Position numbers and translations under genes: made by a program
Part shown: piece by piece, positions 18,954-28,407 of the stretch
Position numbering within the stretch: the first letter of the stretch is position 1
Layout of the letters: each line of letters starts with the position of its first letter
Source: an uncultured Atribacterota bacterium
Lineage (GTDB): Bacteria; Atribacterota; Phoenicimicrobiia; Phoenicimicrobiales; Phoenicimicrobiaceae
NCBI GenBank assembly: GCA_964438695.1
Contig: CAYTKP010000004.1
Location: 1-43,198, forward strand
Direction: 5' to 3'
DNA length: 43,198 bases
The notes under the pieces: generated by a model
What the model was told of the DNA's origin: nothing
Database searches by the model: none
What the model saw: the letters and a program-made list of their open reading frames with translations, nothing else

Positions 18954-19107
18954 AAATTATAAGCTCCTCAGTTATCAATTTACCAATTTACTAATTATCT
19001 AATTAATTAAGGGAAACATTCCATCGGTATTCCGGTCTGCCGCTCAATTTAGTTAACCCGCTATCCGGTTTACCAGTGAGTACGATTCACGAGATATGAG
19101 CTATCCG

Positions 19108-19524
19108 TTATTCGCTACCCTTCTCACTTGGCTTGGTAGCAATGGCAATCCTGTCTGCCCCTCCTTTTTTAATCAAATCCATCACTCTAACCACCTTACC
19201 ATGAAGCACATTTTGATCAGCCTCTAATACCACTAATCCTTCCGGATTTTCCTTTAATTCCGTTGCCACATTCTCCGTAATTTTTAAAGGATCTATCAAT
19301 CTTCCATTGAAATAAATCGTATTATTCTCAGTAATAGTTACAGTAATATTTTTAGATGGCTCAGCAGCGGCAAAATCACCAGTAGGTAGATTAACCTTTA
19401 TTCTACTTTCCAGATTTAAAAATGTGGTAGTCAACATAAAAAATATTAGTAAAAGAAAGACTACATCTATTAATGGAGTTAGATCGAATCGAGTAGTTTT
19501 TTTATCGAGATGAGGAAACTTCAT
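19108..19524 (-). CDS. ExbD/TolR family biopolymer transport protein
   Basis: 'DLTPLIDVVFLLLIFFM' motif. ATG 19524 is preceded by GGAAGGTGA. Confidence 0.8.
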   Translation of the reverse strand: MKFPHLDKKTTRFDLTPLIDVVFLLLIFFMLTTTFLNLESRIKVNLPTGDFAAAEPSKNITVTITENNTIYFNGRLIDPLKITENVATELKENPEGLVVLEADQNVLHGKVVRVMDLIKKGGADRIAIATKPSEKGSE

Positions 19525-20179
19525 AAGTCCTATCACCTTCCCGACCAAAATCTCTGCCCATAGTCTCCTTTGCCGTATGACTGGTTAAAAGATCGAGTAG
19601 ATCTACACAACTTATTTCCATCTCTCTTATCAATTTATCTACTCGGTTAGATAAATAATTGTAAATTACGATTGTGGGTATAGCTACCGATAATCCAAAG
19701 GCAGTAGTTAATAATGCCTCTGAAATCCCTCCAGCAAGAACTTCTGGTCTCCCTACTCCCATAACTGAAATTACATTAAATGCTTTAATCATACCAAATA
19801 CTGTCCCTAACAGCCCCAATAGAGGAGTAATGTTACCAATAGTAGAAAGAGTAGAAAGGTGTTTTTCCAATAAGGGTATTTCTTGGTTAGCACTATCTTC
19901 GATTGCCTCTTTTATCTCTTCTCTGCTTTTACCATATTTCATTAAACCGTTTAACATAATCATAGATATGGGAGTTGGGTTTTTCCGACATGCAGAAATA
20001 GCTAATTCAATGTTCCCCTTTTTTATTAAATCCTTAATTCGGACAACAAATCTTTTAGTCTTACTTTTAATGTTTTTTAGATAGAACATCCTTTCAAAAA
20101 AAATAGTAACTGCTATCAATGAGCATATAAAGATAGGATACATTAAGAATCCACCTTTTTGAAAAACCTCTAACATCAA
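19502..20179 (-). CDS. MotA/TolQ/ExbB proton-channel protein
   Basis: 'GNITPLLGLLGTVFGMI' and 'ALLTTAFGLSVAIP' motifs. GAGGGGG RBS. Confidence 0.8.
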   Translation of the reverse strand: MMLEVFQKGGFLMYPIFICSLIAVTIFFERMFYLKNIKSKTKRFVVRIKDLIKKGNIELAISACRKNPTPISMIMLNGLMKYGKSREEIKEAIEDSANQEIPLLEKHLSTLSTIGNITPLLGLLGTVFGMIKAFNVISVMGVGRPEVLAGGISEALLTTAFGLSVAIPTIVIYNYLSNRVDKLIREMEISCVDLLDLLTSHTAKETMGRDFGREGDRTYEVSSSR

Positions 20180-20414
20180 ATATTTGCCCCCTCTTCTTTT
20201 TATTGTTAGCTAATTTGCTGATTGCTTAATTAACTGATTTGATAATTTATTTAGTAACAACCATTTAACGGAAAAACCAAACAACTAGGTAATTAATCCT
20301 TACGGCCATTTGCCCGGTCTACCAGTCAATTTAGTTAGCCAGTTCCATATTAATTCTTCAACTAACTAATCAAGTAACTAATTATTATATACACTTCACA
20401 CTATCTGCTATATG

Positions 20415-23400
20415 CTATTCTTTTTCTTTTTGCAAAACTTCCAATCTCTCTTTTGCTTTTTCCACATATGGACTCTGAGGAAATGTAGAAATTAAGCTCT
20501 GATAATCAGCAATTGCCTTTTCCTGATTTTTCAAATTCTCCCAACAGATCGCCTTTATATATAATATATCATCCCCGAATGGTAATTTAGAATAATCCTT
20601 TAAATATTTTTCTCCTATTTCAATGGCTTTATTATATTCATCTTTTTTAAAATAAGAAAGACACAAACCATATAGGGCATCAGGTAAATATTTATTTTTG
20701 GGATATTCTCTTATCAGCCTCTCCAACTCTATAATACTATCCATCCACTTTTCTTCTTCTAAATATATCTGGCTTAATATATATAATGCCTCTAATCTAA
20801 AATTACTCTTTATATTACCATCTATAAACTCTTTTAATTCTGATATAGCCTTATCCTTCTCCCCTAAGAGAAAATATCCTTTGGCGATTCTGAATTGCGC
20901 CTCTTCCGTAAATTTGCTCTTCGGATATAGACTGAGAAGTTTTTTAAATTCTGTTATAGAAGGCTCATATTCCTTATTTTCTAAATAAGTCCAGGCTATA
21001 GCATATTGGGCATTTGCCGAAAGTTCTGCTTCAGGATATTTTTGGATAAAATTTTGATACTCCCTGCGAGCATTTTGGTAATCCTTAAGATTATACAACG
21101 ATTCAGCTACCATAAACATAGCTTTTTGAGTTAATTCTAAATTTATCTCTTCTCCCTTAATTTTTTTAAAATATTCAATTGCTTTTGGATAATTTGCTAA
21201 TTTAAAATGACTCCACCCTACCCAATAATAGCCTTCGGTAAGCAAAGAGGAATGGGGGAAATACTGACTTAGTTTCATAAATTCCTCAATTGCTTCTTTG
21301 TATTGTTTTTGCTTATAATAATAATTCCCTAATTTAAAATAAGCCTCTTGTGAGTATTTATTTTCAGGAAATTTCTCCTGTAGTTCTGAAAGAATAGAAA
21401 TTTCTGCCTCTCTATTCCCTAGCTCTTTAGCTGCCTTCGCCCTTAAATAAAGAGCTTCGGCTGTGGAAATTCCCTTTAATTCAGATAAAGCTAACTTGTA
21501 TTCTTTTAAATTAAACAACGCTTTACCTAATTCGAAATGAGCTGAATTAATTAATTCACTTTGAGGGTATTTTTCGATAAATTCTTGAAATTCTAAAACT
21601 GCCTTCTCTTTGTCCCCTTTTCGGGAGTAAGCTAATCCTAAATCAAAAATAACTTTCTCCAATAAGGAAGCTTCCGTTTGGTGATTATACTTCAAATCTT
21701 CTAAATTTTTAATAGCTTGCTCATATTTTGCCAAATTCAGCCAACATCGAGCTAACAGATAATGGGCTTCATCTTTTGTTCTTCCTTCTCCTTCTGCCGC
21801 CACTAATTCTTCCAATATCTTTATTGCTTCCTGATACCTTTCTAATTTAAATAAACTTAAACTTCTTAAATACTTTACTTCTTTAACTAAAGGGGAATCG
21901 GGATACAGAGATGATAATCTGGCAAAAGTTTCCTCTGCTTCTTGGTAATGTTCTAAAGCGAGATAAGATTGACCTAACCAGAAATAGATTTCTTCTATTT
22001 CTGGCCCTTGAAACTCGGGATACTTTTCTAAAAATTCTTTACTTACTTCAATAGTTTTAGAATAATCTTTTATCTTAAAATATGATTTACTCAATTTATA
22101 AGTAGCCTGGAGAACTAAACTGCTCTCAGGGAATTCATTTATTAGGGTTAAAAACTTCTCTGTTGCCTGTTGGTATTCCCCCAATATATAAAGGCACCAA
22201 CCACTACCCAAAAGGGCATCATCGGTATATTCATTTTTTTCCAAATCATTTATTACCCGTTCATATTCAAGGTGAGCTAACTGATATTCTTCTTTTTTAA
22301 AATAACATTCTCCCAATAAAAAGCGGGCACCAGGGTGATTACTCTTCAAATTTAAGGCTTTTTTTAATTCTTCTATTGCCACATCGTAATTGTTTAAAGA
22401 ATAAAATTCATATCCCAATTTATAATGTTCCTCTGCCTTCTCCTCTTCATCACTAATTTTTAATTCAGTAGCTTTTTCTCGTTCCTCTCTATATTTATCC
22501 ATCTGATTAAGTTGATAATAAGAACGAGAAAGGTATTGTCGAGCTTTTTCATATTTAGGATTATAACTTAACGCCTTATTAAACTCTTCAACAGCTTTAG
22601 CGTATTCTCCCTTTATATAATAATCATAACCACTATCAAAATATCTTAAGGTCTCCCGCCCGTATTTTTTCTCTTCTAAAGATCTATTTAGAAAATGCTT
22701 AGCAGAATTATCAAAAGGATCTATTTTGATTACTTCCCGCCACTGAAAAATAGAATTATCATAATCGCCAATATTATAATAAGATAAAGCTAAGTAATAA
22801 TGAGGTTCTTTAAATTCCGGATTATAAAAGATAGAAGTTTTGAAATAATTTATGGCTTTTTCAAAATCCCCTTCTTTATAAGCTAGATAACCCTTTTCAT
22901 AGCTTTCATAGGCTTCTCGACCGTACTTTTGTGATTGTTCAATCTTTTTATAAAACCAGGATATCTCTTTATTTTGGGGGTCTATACGCAAAACTTGTTC
23001 ACACGCATCAAGGGCAAGGCCAATCTCTCCTTTATCATAATATGCCTGCACCAGATAGAGGTAAGAATCCAATAAATCAGGATTATACTTAATAGAAAAA
23101 TTAAAATATTCGATTGCTTGGTCAAATTCCTTTTTAGAATAAAAGGCATAACCTAATCTAAAATAGGCTTGCGAAGCCTGCTCGTAAATTCTCTTACTTT
23201 CCAAATGATTATCTTCCACTAATTGGATGAATTTATTTAAACTCTCTACCTCCCTAATAGTCCAGTGAGTTCGATGATAAATTTCAGTTAAAAGATAATA
23301 GGCATCAGCATATTTGGGGTCTAAAGCTACTGCTTTTTCACCATAATCTATTGCTTGACTCCATAATTTTTTACTTGGATAATCTACTCCCTTATACTCT

Positions 23401-24062
23401 ATAATTGCTCTATCTCGAGAATCAAGACATTTATAATAATTAATTAAGGCATCAAGAGAAGAGGTTGGAGTCTCTTCTATTAAAGCCTTATCTTTCAAGG
23501 ATAACTCAGCTCCAAGTTCTTCCAAGATTAAAAGAGCTAATTTTTCTTTTAATTTAAATATATCAGTCCTTTCTACTTTAATATCCCGAAAAGCAATAAT
23601 TTCTCTATTAGTAGCCTCATATTTTTTAAGGCTAAAAATTAATTGTGTAGAAGAAGAAAAATAAAAATTTCCATAAAATATTACATCACTGTCTAAATCT
23701 TCTTCAGCTTTAATTAATAATTGTCGCTCTATCTCTGTTTGGGTAGGAGATAAATTATATTTAATATAAAAATTCTCAATATCCTGGCGTGTAGAACAGG
23801 TAATAAAATCAAATTGAGAAAGGTTATTTATCAACATATCAGTTAACCCTTTGCTGAGCCAATCCCAATCAGATTGTTGAGAATGATTATTAAAATATAA
23901 TATACTTACTTTTGCTTCGGGATGCTGGGCAAAGGAAAGGAGGAAAAACAAATTCGATATAACCATTAAAAATAGGATAGAACAACTAATAATCTTTAAT
24001 ATGTGTATAAATCTTTCTTTTAAAAATAGTATCTTTAAAAGATTACCAGTTATAATTTTCAT
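20415..24062 (-). CDS. Very large TPR-repeat protein with an N-terminal membrane anchor and a possible TolB-N-like domain
   Basis: More than 20 TPR-like units ('A...Y..A..L.P....A'). ATG 24062 has GGTGGA upstream. The ORF track extends to TTG 24083. Confidence 0.7.
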   Translation of the reverse strand: MKIITGNLLKILFLKERFIHILKIISCSILFLMVISNLFFLLSFAQHPEAKVSILYFNNHSQQSDWDWLSKGLTDMLINNLSQFDFITCSTRQDIENFYIKYNLSPTQTEIERQLLIKAEEDLDSDVIFYGNFYFSSSTQLIFSLKKYEATNREIIAFRDIKVERTDIFKLKEKLALLILEELGAELSLKDKALIEETPTSSLDALINYYKCLDSRDRAIIEYKGVDYPSKKLWSQAIDYGEKAVALDPKYADAYYLLTEIYHRTHWTIREVESLNKFIQLVEDNHLESKRIYEQASQAYFRLGYAFYSKKEFDQAIEYFNFSIKYNPDLLDSYLYLVQAYYDKGEIGLALDACEQVLRIDPQNKEISWFYKKIEQSQKYGREAYESYEKGYLAYKEGDFEKAINYFKTSIFYNPEFKEPHYYLALSYYNIGDYDNSIFQWREVIKIDPFDNSAKHFLNRSLEEKKYGRETLRYFDSGYDYYIKGEYAKAVEEFNKALSYNPKYEKARQYLSRSYYQLNQMDKYREEREKATELKISDEEEKAEEHYKLGYEFYSLNNYDVAIEELKKALNLKSNHPGARFLLGECYFKKEEYQLAHLEYERVINDLEKNEYTDDALLGSGWCLYILGEYQQATEKFLTLINEFPESSLVLQATYKLSKSYFKIKDYSKTIEVSKEFLEKYPEFQGPEIEEIYFWLGQSYLALEHYQEAEETFARLSSLYPDSPLVKEVKYLRSLSLFKLERYQEAIKILEELVAAEGEGRTKDEAHYLLARCWLNLAKYEQAIKNLEDLKYNHQTEASLLEKVIFDLGLAYSRKGDKEKAVLEFQEFIEKYPQSELINSAHFELGKALFNLKEYKLALSELKGISTAEALYLRAKAAKELGNREAEISILSELQEKFPENKYSQEAYFKLGNYYYKQKQYKEAIEEFMKLSQYFPHSSLLTEGYYWVGWSHFKLANYPKAIEYFKKIKGEEINLELTQKAMFMVAESLYNLKDYQNARREYQNFIQKYPEAELSANAQYAIAWTYLENKEYEPSITEFKKLLSLYPKSKFTEEAQFRIAKGYFLLGEKDKAISELKEFIDGNIKSNFRLEALYILSQIYLEEEKWMDSIIELERLIREYPKNKYLPDALYGLCLSYFKKDEYNKAIEIGEKYLKDYSKLPFGDDILYIKAICWENLKNQEKAIADYQSLISTFPQSPYVEKAKERLEVLQKEKE

Positions 24063-24105
24063 TAACACTTTCCACCCTATCAAAATGGAAGGTCAAAACT
24101 AAACT

Positions 24106-24141
24106 TACCTCCTGCTTTCGCAGGGGTAGGTACTTATTTTT
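24106..24141. terminator. Hairpin with T-rich flanks between obg and the TPR gene
   Basis: CCTGC-TTTC-GCAGG (24111-24124), extendable by TACCT/AGGTA. T-rich sequence on both sides. A weak terminator candidate. Confidence 0.3.
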
Positions 24142-24206
24142 CTTCCTTAGTATTTCTCAACATACAATTATATATTCTTATATATTCTAATTATTAAAAT
24201 TATACC

Positions 24207-25496
24207 CTATTTATTTAAAAAAGTAAAAACCTTTCCCCTTATTTTTACTTCATCACCTTCTTTGATTCCATTTCTAATCAAAACCTTCTCTAAGCCAATT
24301 TTCTTTATTATTTTTTGAAAATGGTCTACTGCTTCCTGGTTATTAAAATCAGTCATCGCCACAATACGCTCAATCTCTTCTCCTGAAACTTCATAAACAT
24401 TCTGCTTCTTGGTAAGGGTAAACCTGGGAGTATATTTATATACCACCTCTTTTTGGGGTAAAACCTCAGCCATTTCTTCCTTTTCTTTTACCCTTATTTT
24501 CTCCAAGAAAGAAAAAATATAATGAATTAAATTCCCCAAACCTTCTCCAGTTAAAGCAGAAATAGAAAAAATTTGGTATTGGTACCCTTCTTTAACTAAA
24601 GCTCTTTTTAAAAAATTCAATCTCTCTTTAGTACAAGGCAAATCGCATTTATTTATCGCAATAATCTGTGGTTTTTGTGCCAATTCTTCACTAAATTCAT
24701 TTAATTCGCGGTTTATAGCCTTAATAGGATAAAGAGGGTCTTTCTTCTTTATATTTGTGCCATCAACAATATGCAGGATTATTTTAGTTCTTTCAATGTG
24801 TTTTAAAAATCTATCCCCCAATCCAGCACCCTGATGTGCACCTTCAATTAAACCAGGAATATCTGCTGCTAAAAAACTTTTAGTTTCATCTACCCTTACT
24901 ACTCCTAAATTGGGGATAAGAGTGGTAAAAGGATAATCTGCAATCTTTGGTTTAGCTGAAGAAATCCGCGAAAGTAAAGTAGATTTCCCTGCATTAGGAT
25001 ACCCTACCAGACCGATATCGGCGATCAGTTTCATAGTCAGATATAGTCTTTTTTCTTCCCCCGGTTCTCCCTTCTGAGCGAATTTCGGTCTTCTGCGGGT
25101 AGAATTTCTAAATCGAAAATTCCCTAACCCTCCTTGACCACCTTTTGCTACTATAATTCGCTGACCACTTTTTACTAAATCACCTAAAACTATAGACTTA
25201 TCGACATCCTCAATCACCGTACCGAGAGGAACCTTTATAATCAAATCCTCTCCGTCCTTCCCTTTCTTATTTCCACCTCGTCCACTTTCTCCGTTTTTAG
25301 CTCTTTGGTGAGGATGGTTATAAAGTTCTACTAAAGTTCCCACTTCCTCATCAGCTTCCACAATTATATTTCCTCCTCTTCCTCCATCTCCTCCATCAGG
25401 TCCACCTTTGGGAACATTCTTTTCTCTCCTAAAACTTACTGCTCCATCTCCCCCTTTTCCAGCTTCAACCTCTATTTTTACTCTATCTACAAACAT
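24207..25496 (-). CDS. obg: GTPase Obg/CgtA
   Basis: Gly-rich Obg fold 'GGDGGRGG', G1 'GYPNAGKST' and G4 'NKCD'. C-terminal OCT-like domain. Confidence 0.95.
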   Translation of the reverse strand: MFVDRVKIEVEAGKGGDGAVSFRREKNVPKGGPDGGDGGRGGNIIVEADEEVGTLVELYNHPHQRAKNGESGRGGNKKGKDGEDLIIKVPLGTVIEDVDKSIVLGDLVKSGQRIIVAKGGQGGLGNFRFRNSTRRRPKFAQKGEPGEEKRLYLTMKLIADIGLVGYPNAGKSTLLSRISSAKPKIADYPFTTLIPNLGVVRVDETKSFLAADIPGLIEGAHQGAGLGDRFLKHIERTKIILHIVDGTNIKKKDPLYPIKAINRELNEFSEELAQKPQIIAINKCDLPCTKERLNFLKRALVKEGYQYQIFSISALTGEGLGNLIHYIFSFLEKIRVKEKEEMAEVLPQKEVVYKYTPRFTLTKKQNVYEVSGEEIERIVAMTDFNNQEAVDHFQKIIKKIGLEKVLIRNGIKEGDEVKIRGKVFTFLNK

Positions 25497-25515
25497 ACTC
25501 TTCTCTCTCCTTAAT

Positions 25516-25552
25516 AATGTAAAAAAAAGTGCCAGGCACTTTTTTTTACATT
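25516..25552. repeat. Palindromic element B (perfect 18+1+18)
   Basis: AATGTAAAAAAAAGTGCC-A-GGCACTTTTTTTTACATT. Lies 20 nt upstream of the obg ATG. Confidence 0.9.
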
Positions 25553-25554
25553 AT

Positions 25555-25592
25555 GCTAAAAAACCCTGAGCTTAGTAAAAAACTCAGGGTTT
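25555..25592 (-). terminator. Intrinsic terminator after rpmA
   Basis: On the minus strand: AAACCCTGAG, a 12-nt loop, then CTCAGGGTTT followed by TTTAGC (six consecutive U). No U-tract on the plus strand. Confidence 0.6.
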
Positions 25593-25624
25593 GATTCGAT
25601 TAAATTAATTAATTATCTTGTCGG

Positions 25625-25885
25625 TTAAGATTTTTCGGCATAAACACAGACTTGCTTCCTGTCTTTCCCTTTTCTTTTAAAAGTTACAAATCCTTCAGTT
25701 AAAGCAAATAGAGTGTCATCTTTTCCTCTCCCTACATTCTCCCCTGGGAGGATTTTCGTACCTCTTTGCCTTATTAAGATACTTCCTGCTTTTACAAATT
25801 GGCCACCAAATTTTTTTACACCTAATCGCTTCGATTCACTATCTCTACCATTTCGTACTGAACCTTGACCCTTTTTATGTGCCAT
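25625..25885 (-). CDS. rpmA: 50S ribosomal protein L27
   Basis: '[24 protein letters not shown]'. Confidence 0.95.
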   Translation of the reverse strand: MAHKKGQGSVRNGRDSESKRLGVKKFGGQFVKAGSILIRQRGTKILPGENVGRGKDDTLFALTEGFVTFKRKGKDRKQVCVYAEKS

Positions 25886-25939
25886 AATCTCACCTCACCC
25901 TCTTAGAATCTACTCTCTTTATAATATTATATCATATTT

Positions 25940-26251
25940 TTATAATTTTATTTCTTCAATTAAAACTTCGGTAAATGGTTGTCTGTGACCAGTCTTCTTT
26001 CTATACCTTTTTTTGGGCTTATACTTAAAAACTATTACCTTTTTAGCTTTCCCCTGATTTAAGATTTTACCTGTAACTTTTGCTTTTTCTACCAACGGTC
26101 GACCAATAATATATTCTCCGTCTTTGTTTACCATTAATACCTGGTCAAACTCTACTTTTTCACCTTTTTCCAGGTTTATCTTTTCGATTCTGACAATATC
26201 TCCTTCTTTTACCCAATACTGCTTTCCGCCGGTTGCTATAACCGCCTGCAT
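25940..26251 (-). CDS. rplU: 50S ribosomal protein L21
   Basis: '[11 protein letters not shown]' and '[20 protein letters not shown]'. Confidence 0.95.
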   Translation of the reverse strand: MQAVIATGGKQYWVKEGDIVRIEKINLEKGEKVEFDQVLMVNKDGEYIIGRPLVEKAKVTGKILNQGKAKKVIVFKYKPKKRYRKKTGHRQPFTEVLIEEIKL

Positions 26252-26367
26252 TTCTTAGAATCCTCCTTATTTTCTAAACTCGCCAGAGTAGGTAGTAATT
26301 AATTTAGCATTAATTACTTTTTATAAATAGAACCCAGCCTGTGCGGATATAAAACAGATGCTTATAA

Positions 26368-26396
26368 AATCTAACATAAATTTATCTGGTTGTCAA
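26368..26396 (-). promoter_or_regulatory. Candidate promoter of rplU-rpmA(-obg)
   Basis: Minus-strand TTGACA (26391-26396), a 17-nt spacer, then TAGATT (26368-26373). Predicts a leader of about 105 nt containing the hairpin at 26294-26318. Confidence 0.4.
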
Positions 26397-26534
26397 ATTA
26401 ATTCATACTACATCACATACCTCGTCAAAAAATCATAAATCAGAAGTTGGAATTCATTATTTAGAATATTATGAGAGAATAAAATTAAAGCATAAAGCTT
26501 AAACTACACAATAAACAGTCGAAACGACTGTCCT

Positions 26535-26569
26535 ACTAACGACTATTCACTATTCACTAACGACTAATT
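26535..26569 (+). repeat. Heptamer array ACTAACG ACTATTC ACTATTC ACTAACG ACTAATT
   Basis: ACTA at 26535/42/49/56/63. Abuts the rng stop codon (26573). Preceded by hairpin ACAGTCG-AAA-CGACTGT. Confidence 0.85.
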
Positions 26570-26572
26570 TGT

Positions 26573-28090
26573 CTAACCAAACATTTTCTTAATTTTCTTT
26601 ACTTCTTTTAACCTCCCTACTGCAACTACTTCTATTTTTTCCATATGTATATCTTTAGAAGCTTTAATATAAATAGTTTTACGGCTATCCTTTTCCAATT
26701 GTTTAATCAATAACATCTTTGCTCCGGATAACACTTGCTCAACTTTAGGATGTACCCCCAACATTATTGCCTCTGCGCGAGTAGTTTTACATAGTTCTTC
26801 TAATTTACGTAAAACCATATTACTTACCGTTTCAGCAGATAAAACTCTACCTGTTCCAGCACAATAAGGGCAAGAAGTTCTTAACATATTTTCTAAATCT
26901 CTTCTTGCTCTCTTTCTGGTAAGTTCAACTAAACCCAATTCAGTATTTTGAATAATATTAGTCTTGGTCTTATCTTTCTTTAAACTTTCCTCTAATTTTT
27001 TTACTACCTTTTCTCTATCTTCTTGTTCTTCCATATCGATAAAATCGATGATAATAATTCCCCCAATATCTCGTAATCTTAACTGGAGAGCTATCTCCTC
27101 TGCTGCTTGTAAATTAGTCTTTAAAATCGTTTTTCTCATATCTTTCTTGCCAACAAATTTCCCCGTGTTTACATCAATAACTGTTAACGCCTCAGTTTGA
27201 TCAAAGACTAAATAGCCTCCACACTTAAGCCACACTTTCTTCTGTAATGCTTTATCAATTTCCTTTTCAATACCATACTCCTCAAATATTGGTTTTTCTC
27301 CTGTATAAAGAGATACCCTTCCCTTCAAGTTTGACAAAGATAAAGTATTTAAAAATTTTAATATATTTTTATATTCAGTTTCAGAATTTATTAATATTTC
27401 TTCTACCTCTTCGGTAAAAAGGTCACGAATAATTCGGTAAGTAAGAGTCAAATCTTCATGTAATAACATAGGGGCTTTGGACTTCCTTGCCCTCTTTTTA
27501 ATCTTGTTCCATAATCTAGTTAAAAAATCTAGATCCGATAGAAAATCTTTTAATTCTTTTCCCCAGCCAGCAGTCCGTATAATTAATCCAGCACCTTTGG
27601 GCTTTATCTGTTGCAAAATTTTTTTTAATCTTTCTCTTTCTTTTTCATCTTCAATGCGGCGAGAAATTCCAATATTCGTATGGTCAGGCATTAAAACCAA
27701 ATACCTGCCAGGTAAACTTATATCAGTAGTGACTCGAGGCCCCTTAGGAGTAATTGCCTCTTTTACCACTTGAACTACAATTTCTTTACCTACCTTAACC
27801 TTATCTTCGGTTAAGGGAGGGAGACACGGCATTCCTATTTCCCCTCTACCCTCTTTATCGTGGGGATCAACATTACTATTAATATGCAAAAAAGCATTCT
27901 TTTCAATTCCAATATCTATAAAAGCAGCCTCTATGCCAGGAAGTACATTAATAACCTTGCCTTTATAAATATTACCTACTATTTTATCATCTTCAATTCT
28001 TTCTATATGAATTTCAACTAATCTTCCCTCTTCAATTATGGCCGCTCTCTCCTCGGTTAATCCTATATCTATTATCACTTTTTTATTCAT
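26573..28090 (-). CDS. rng: Rne/Rng family ribonuclease (RNase G-like)
   Basis: N-terminal S1 domain ('GNIYKGKVINVLPGIEAAFIDIG'). 'VIDVNTGKF' DNase-I-like site and a 'CPYCAGTGR' Zn-link. Confidence 0.85.
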   Translation of the reverse strand: MNKKVIIDIGLTEERAAIIEEGRLVEIHIERIEDDKIVGNIYKGKVINVLPGIEAAFIDIGIEKNAFLHINSNVDPHDKEGRGEIGMPCLPPLTEDKVKVGKEIVVQVVKEAITPKGPRVTTDISLPGRYLVLMPDHTNIGISRRIEDEKERERLKKILQQIKPKGAGLIIRTAGWGKELKDFLSDLDFLTRLWNKIKKRARKSKAPMLLHEDLTLTYRIIRDLFTEEVEEILINSETEYKNILKFLNTLSLSNLKGRVSLYTGEKPIFEEYGIEKEIDKALQKKVWLKCGGYLVFDQTEALTVIDVNTGKFVGKKDMRKTILKTNLQAAEEIALQLRLRDIGGIIIIDFIDMEEQEDREKVVKKLEESLKKDKTKTNIIQNTELGLVELTRKRARRDLENMLRTSCPYCAGTGRVLSAETVSNMVLRKLEELCKTTRAEAIMLGVHPKVEQVLSGAKMLLIKQLEKDSRKTIYIKASKDIHMEKIEVVAVGRLKEVKKIKKMFG

Positions 28091-28186
28091 TTTTGTTCAT
28101 TCAAAACTCCTATTTATCCCATTATATATCTAATTGTTTATATCCCAAAATTATAAAAATATTTTTTCTTAATATTTCTTTTTTTC

Positions 28187-28214
28187 ATTCCCGGAAGCGG
28201 GAATCTATTTTTTA
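28187..28214 (+). terminator. Orphan plus-strand terminator-shaped hairpin in the rng upstream spacer
   Basis: ATTCCCG-GAAG-CGGGAAT followed by CTATTTTTTA. On the minus strand it is followed by A-rich sequence. Confidence 0.3.
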
Positions 28215-28407
28215 TCTTTTACTTCTGCACTTCTGGATTCCTATTTCCTGATTTCGTGGGAATGACTGAAATTATACATTACAGCATCAGAATTTTTGAA
28301 ATTCCAATACTCTAAAATAAAAATATTTTCTGTATATATCTTACTCCAAATAACTTTATTAGTAAAGATTGGTTTTAAATTTATCTAATAAATGTATTTT
28401 TTAATCT

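Noticed and set aside
26535-26569. ACTAACGACTATTCACTAT resembles the T7-type phage RNA polymerase promoter (TAATACGACTCACTATA).
   Set aside because: The match needs a 3-nt insertion and is explained by the heptamer periodicity. The motif occurs in both orientations and no phage-type RNAP or phage genes are nearby.
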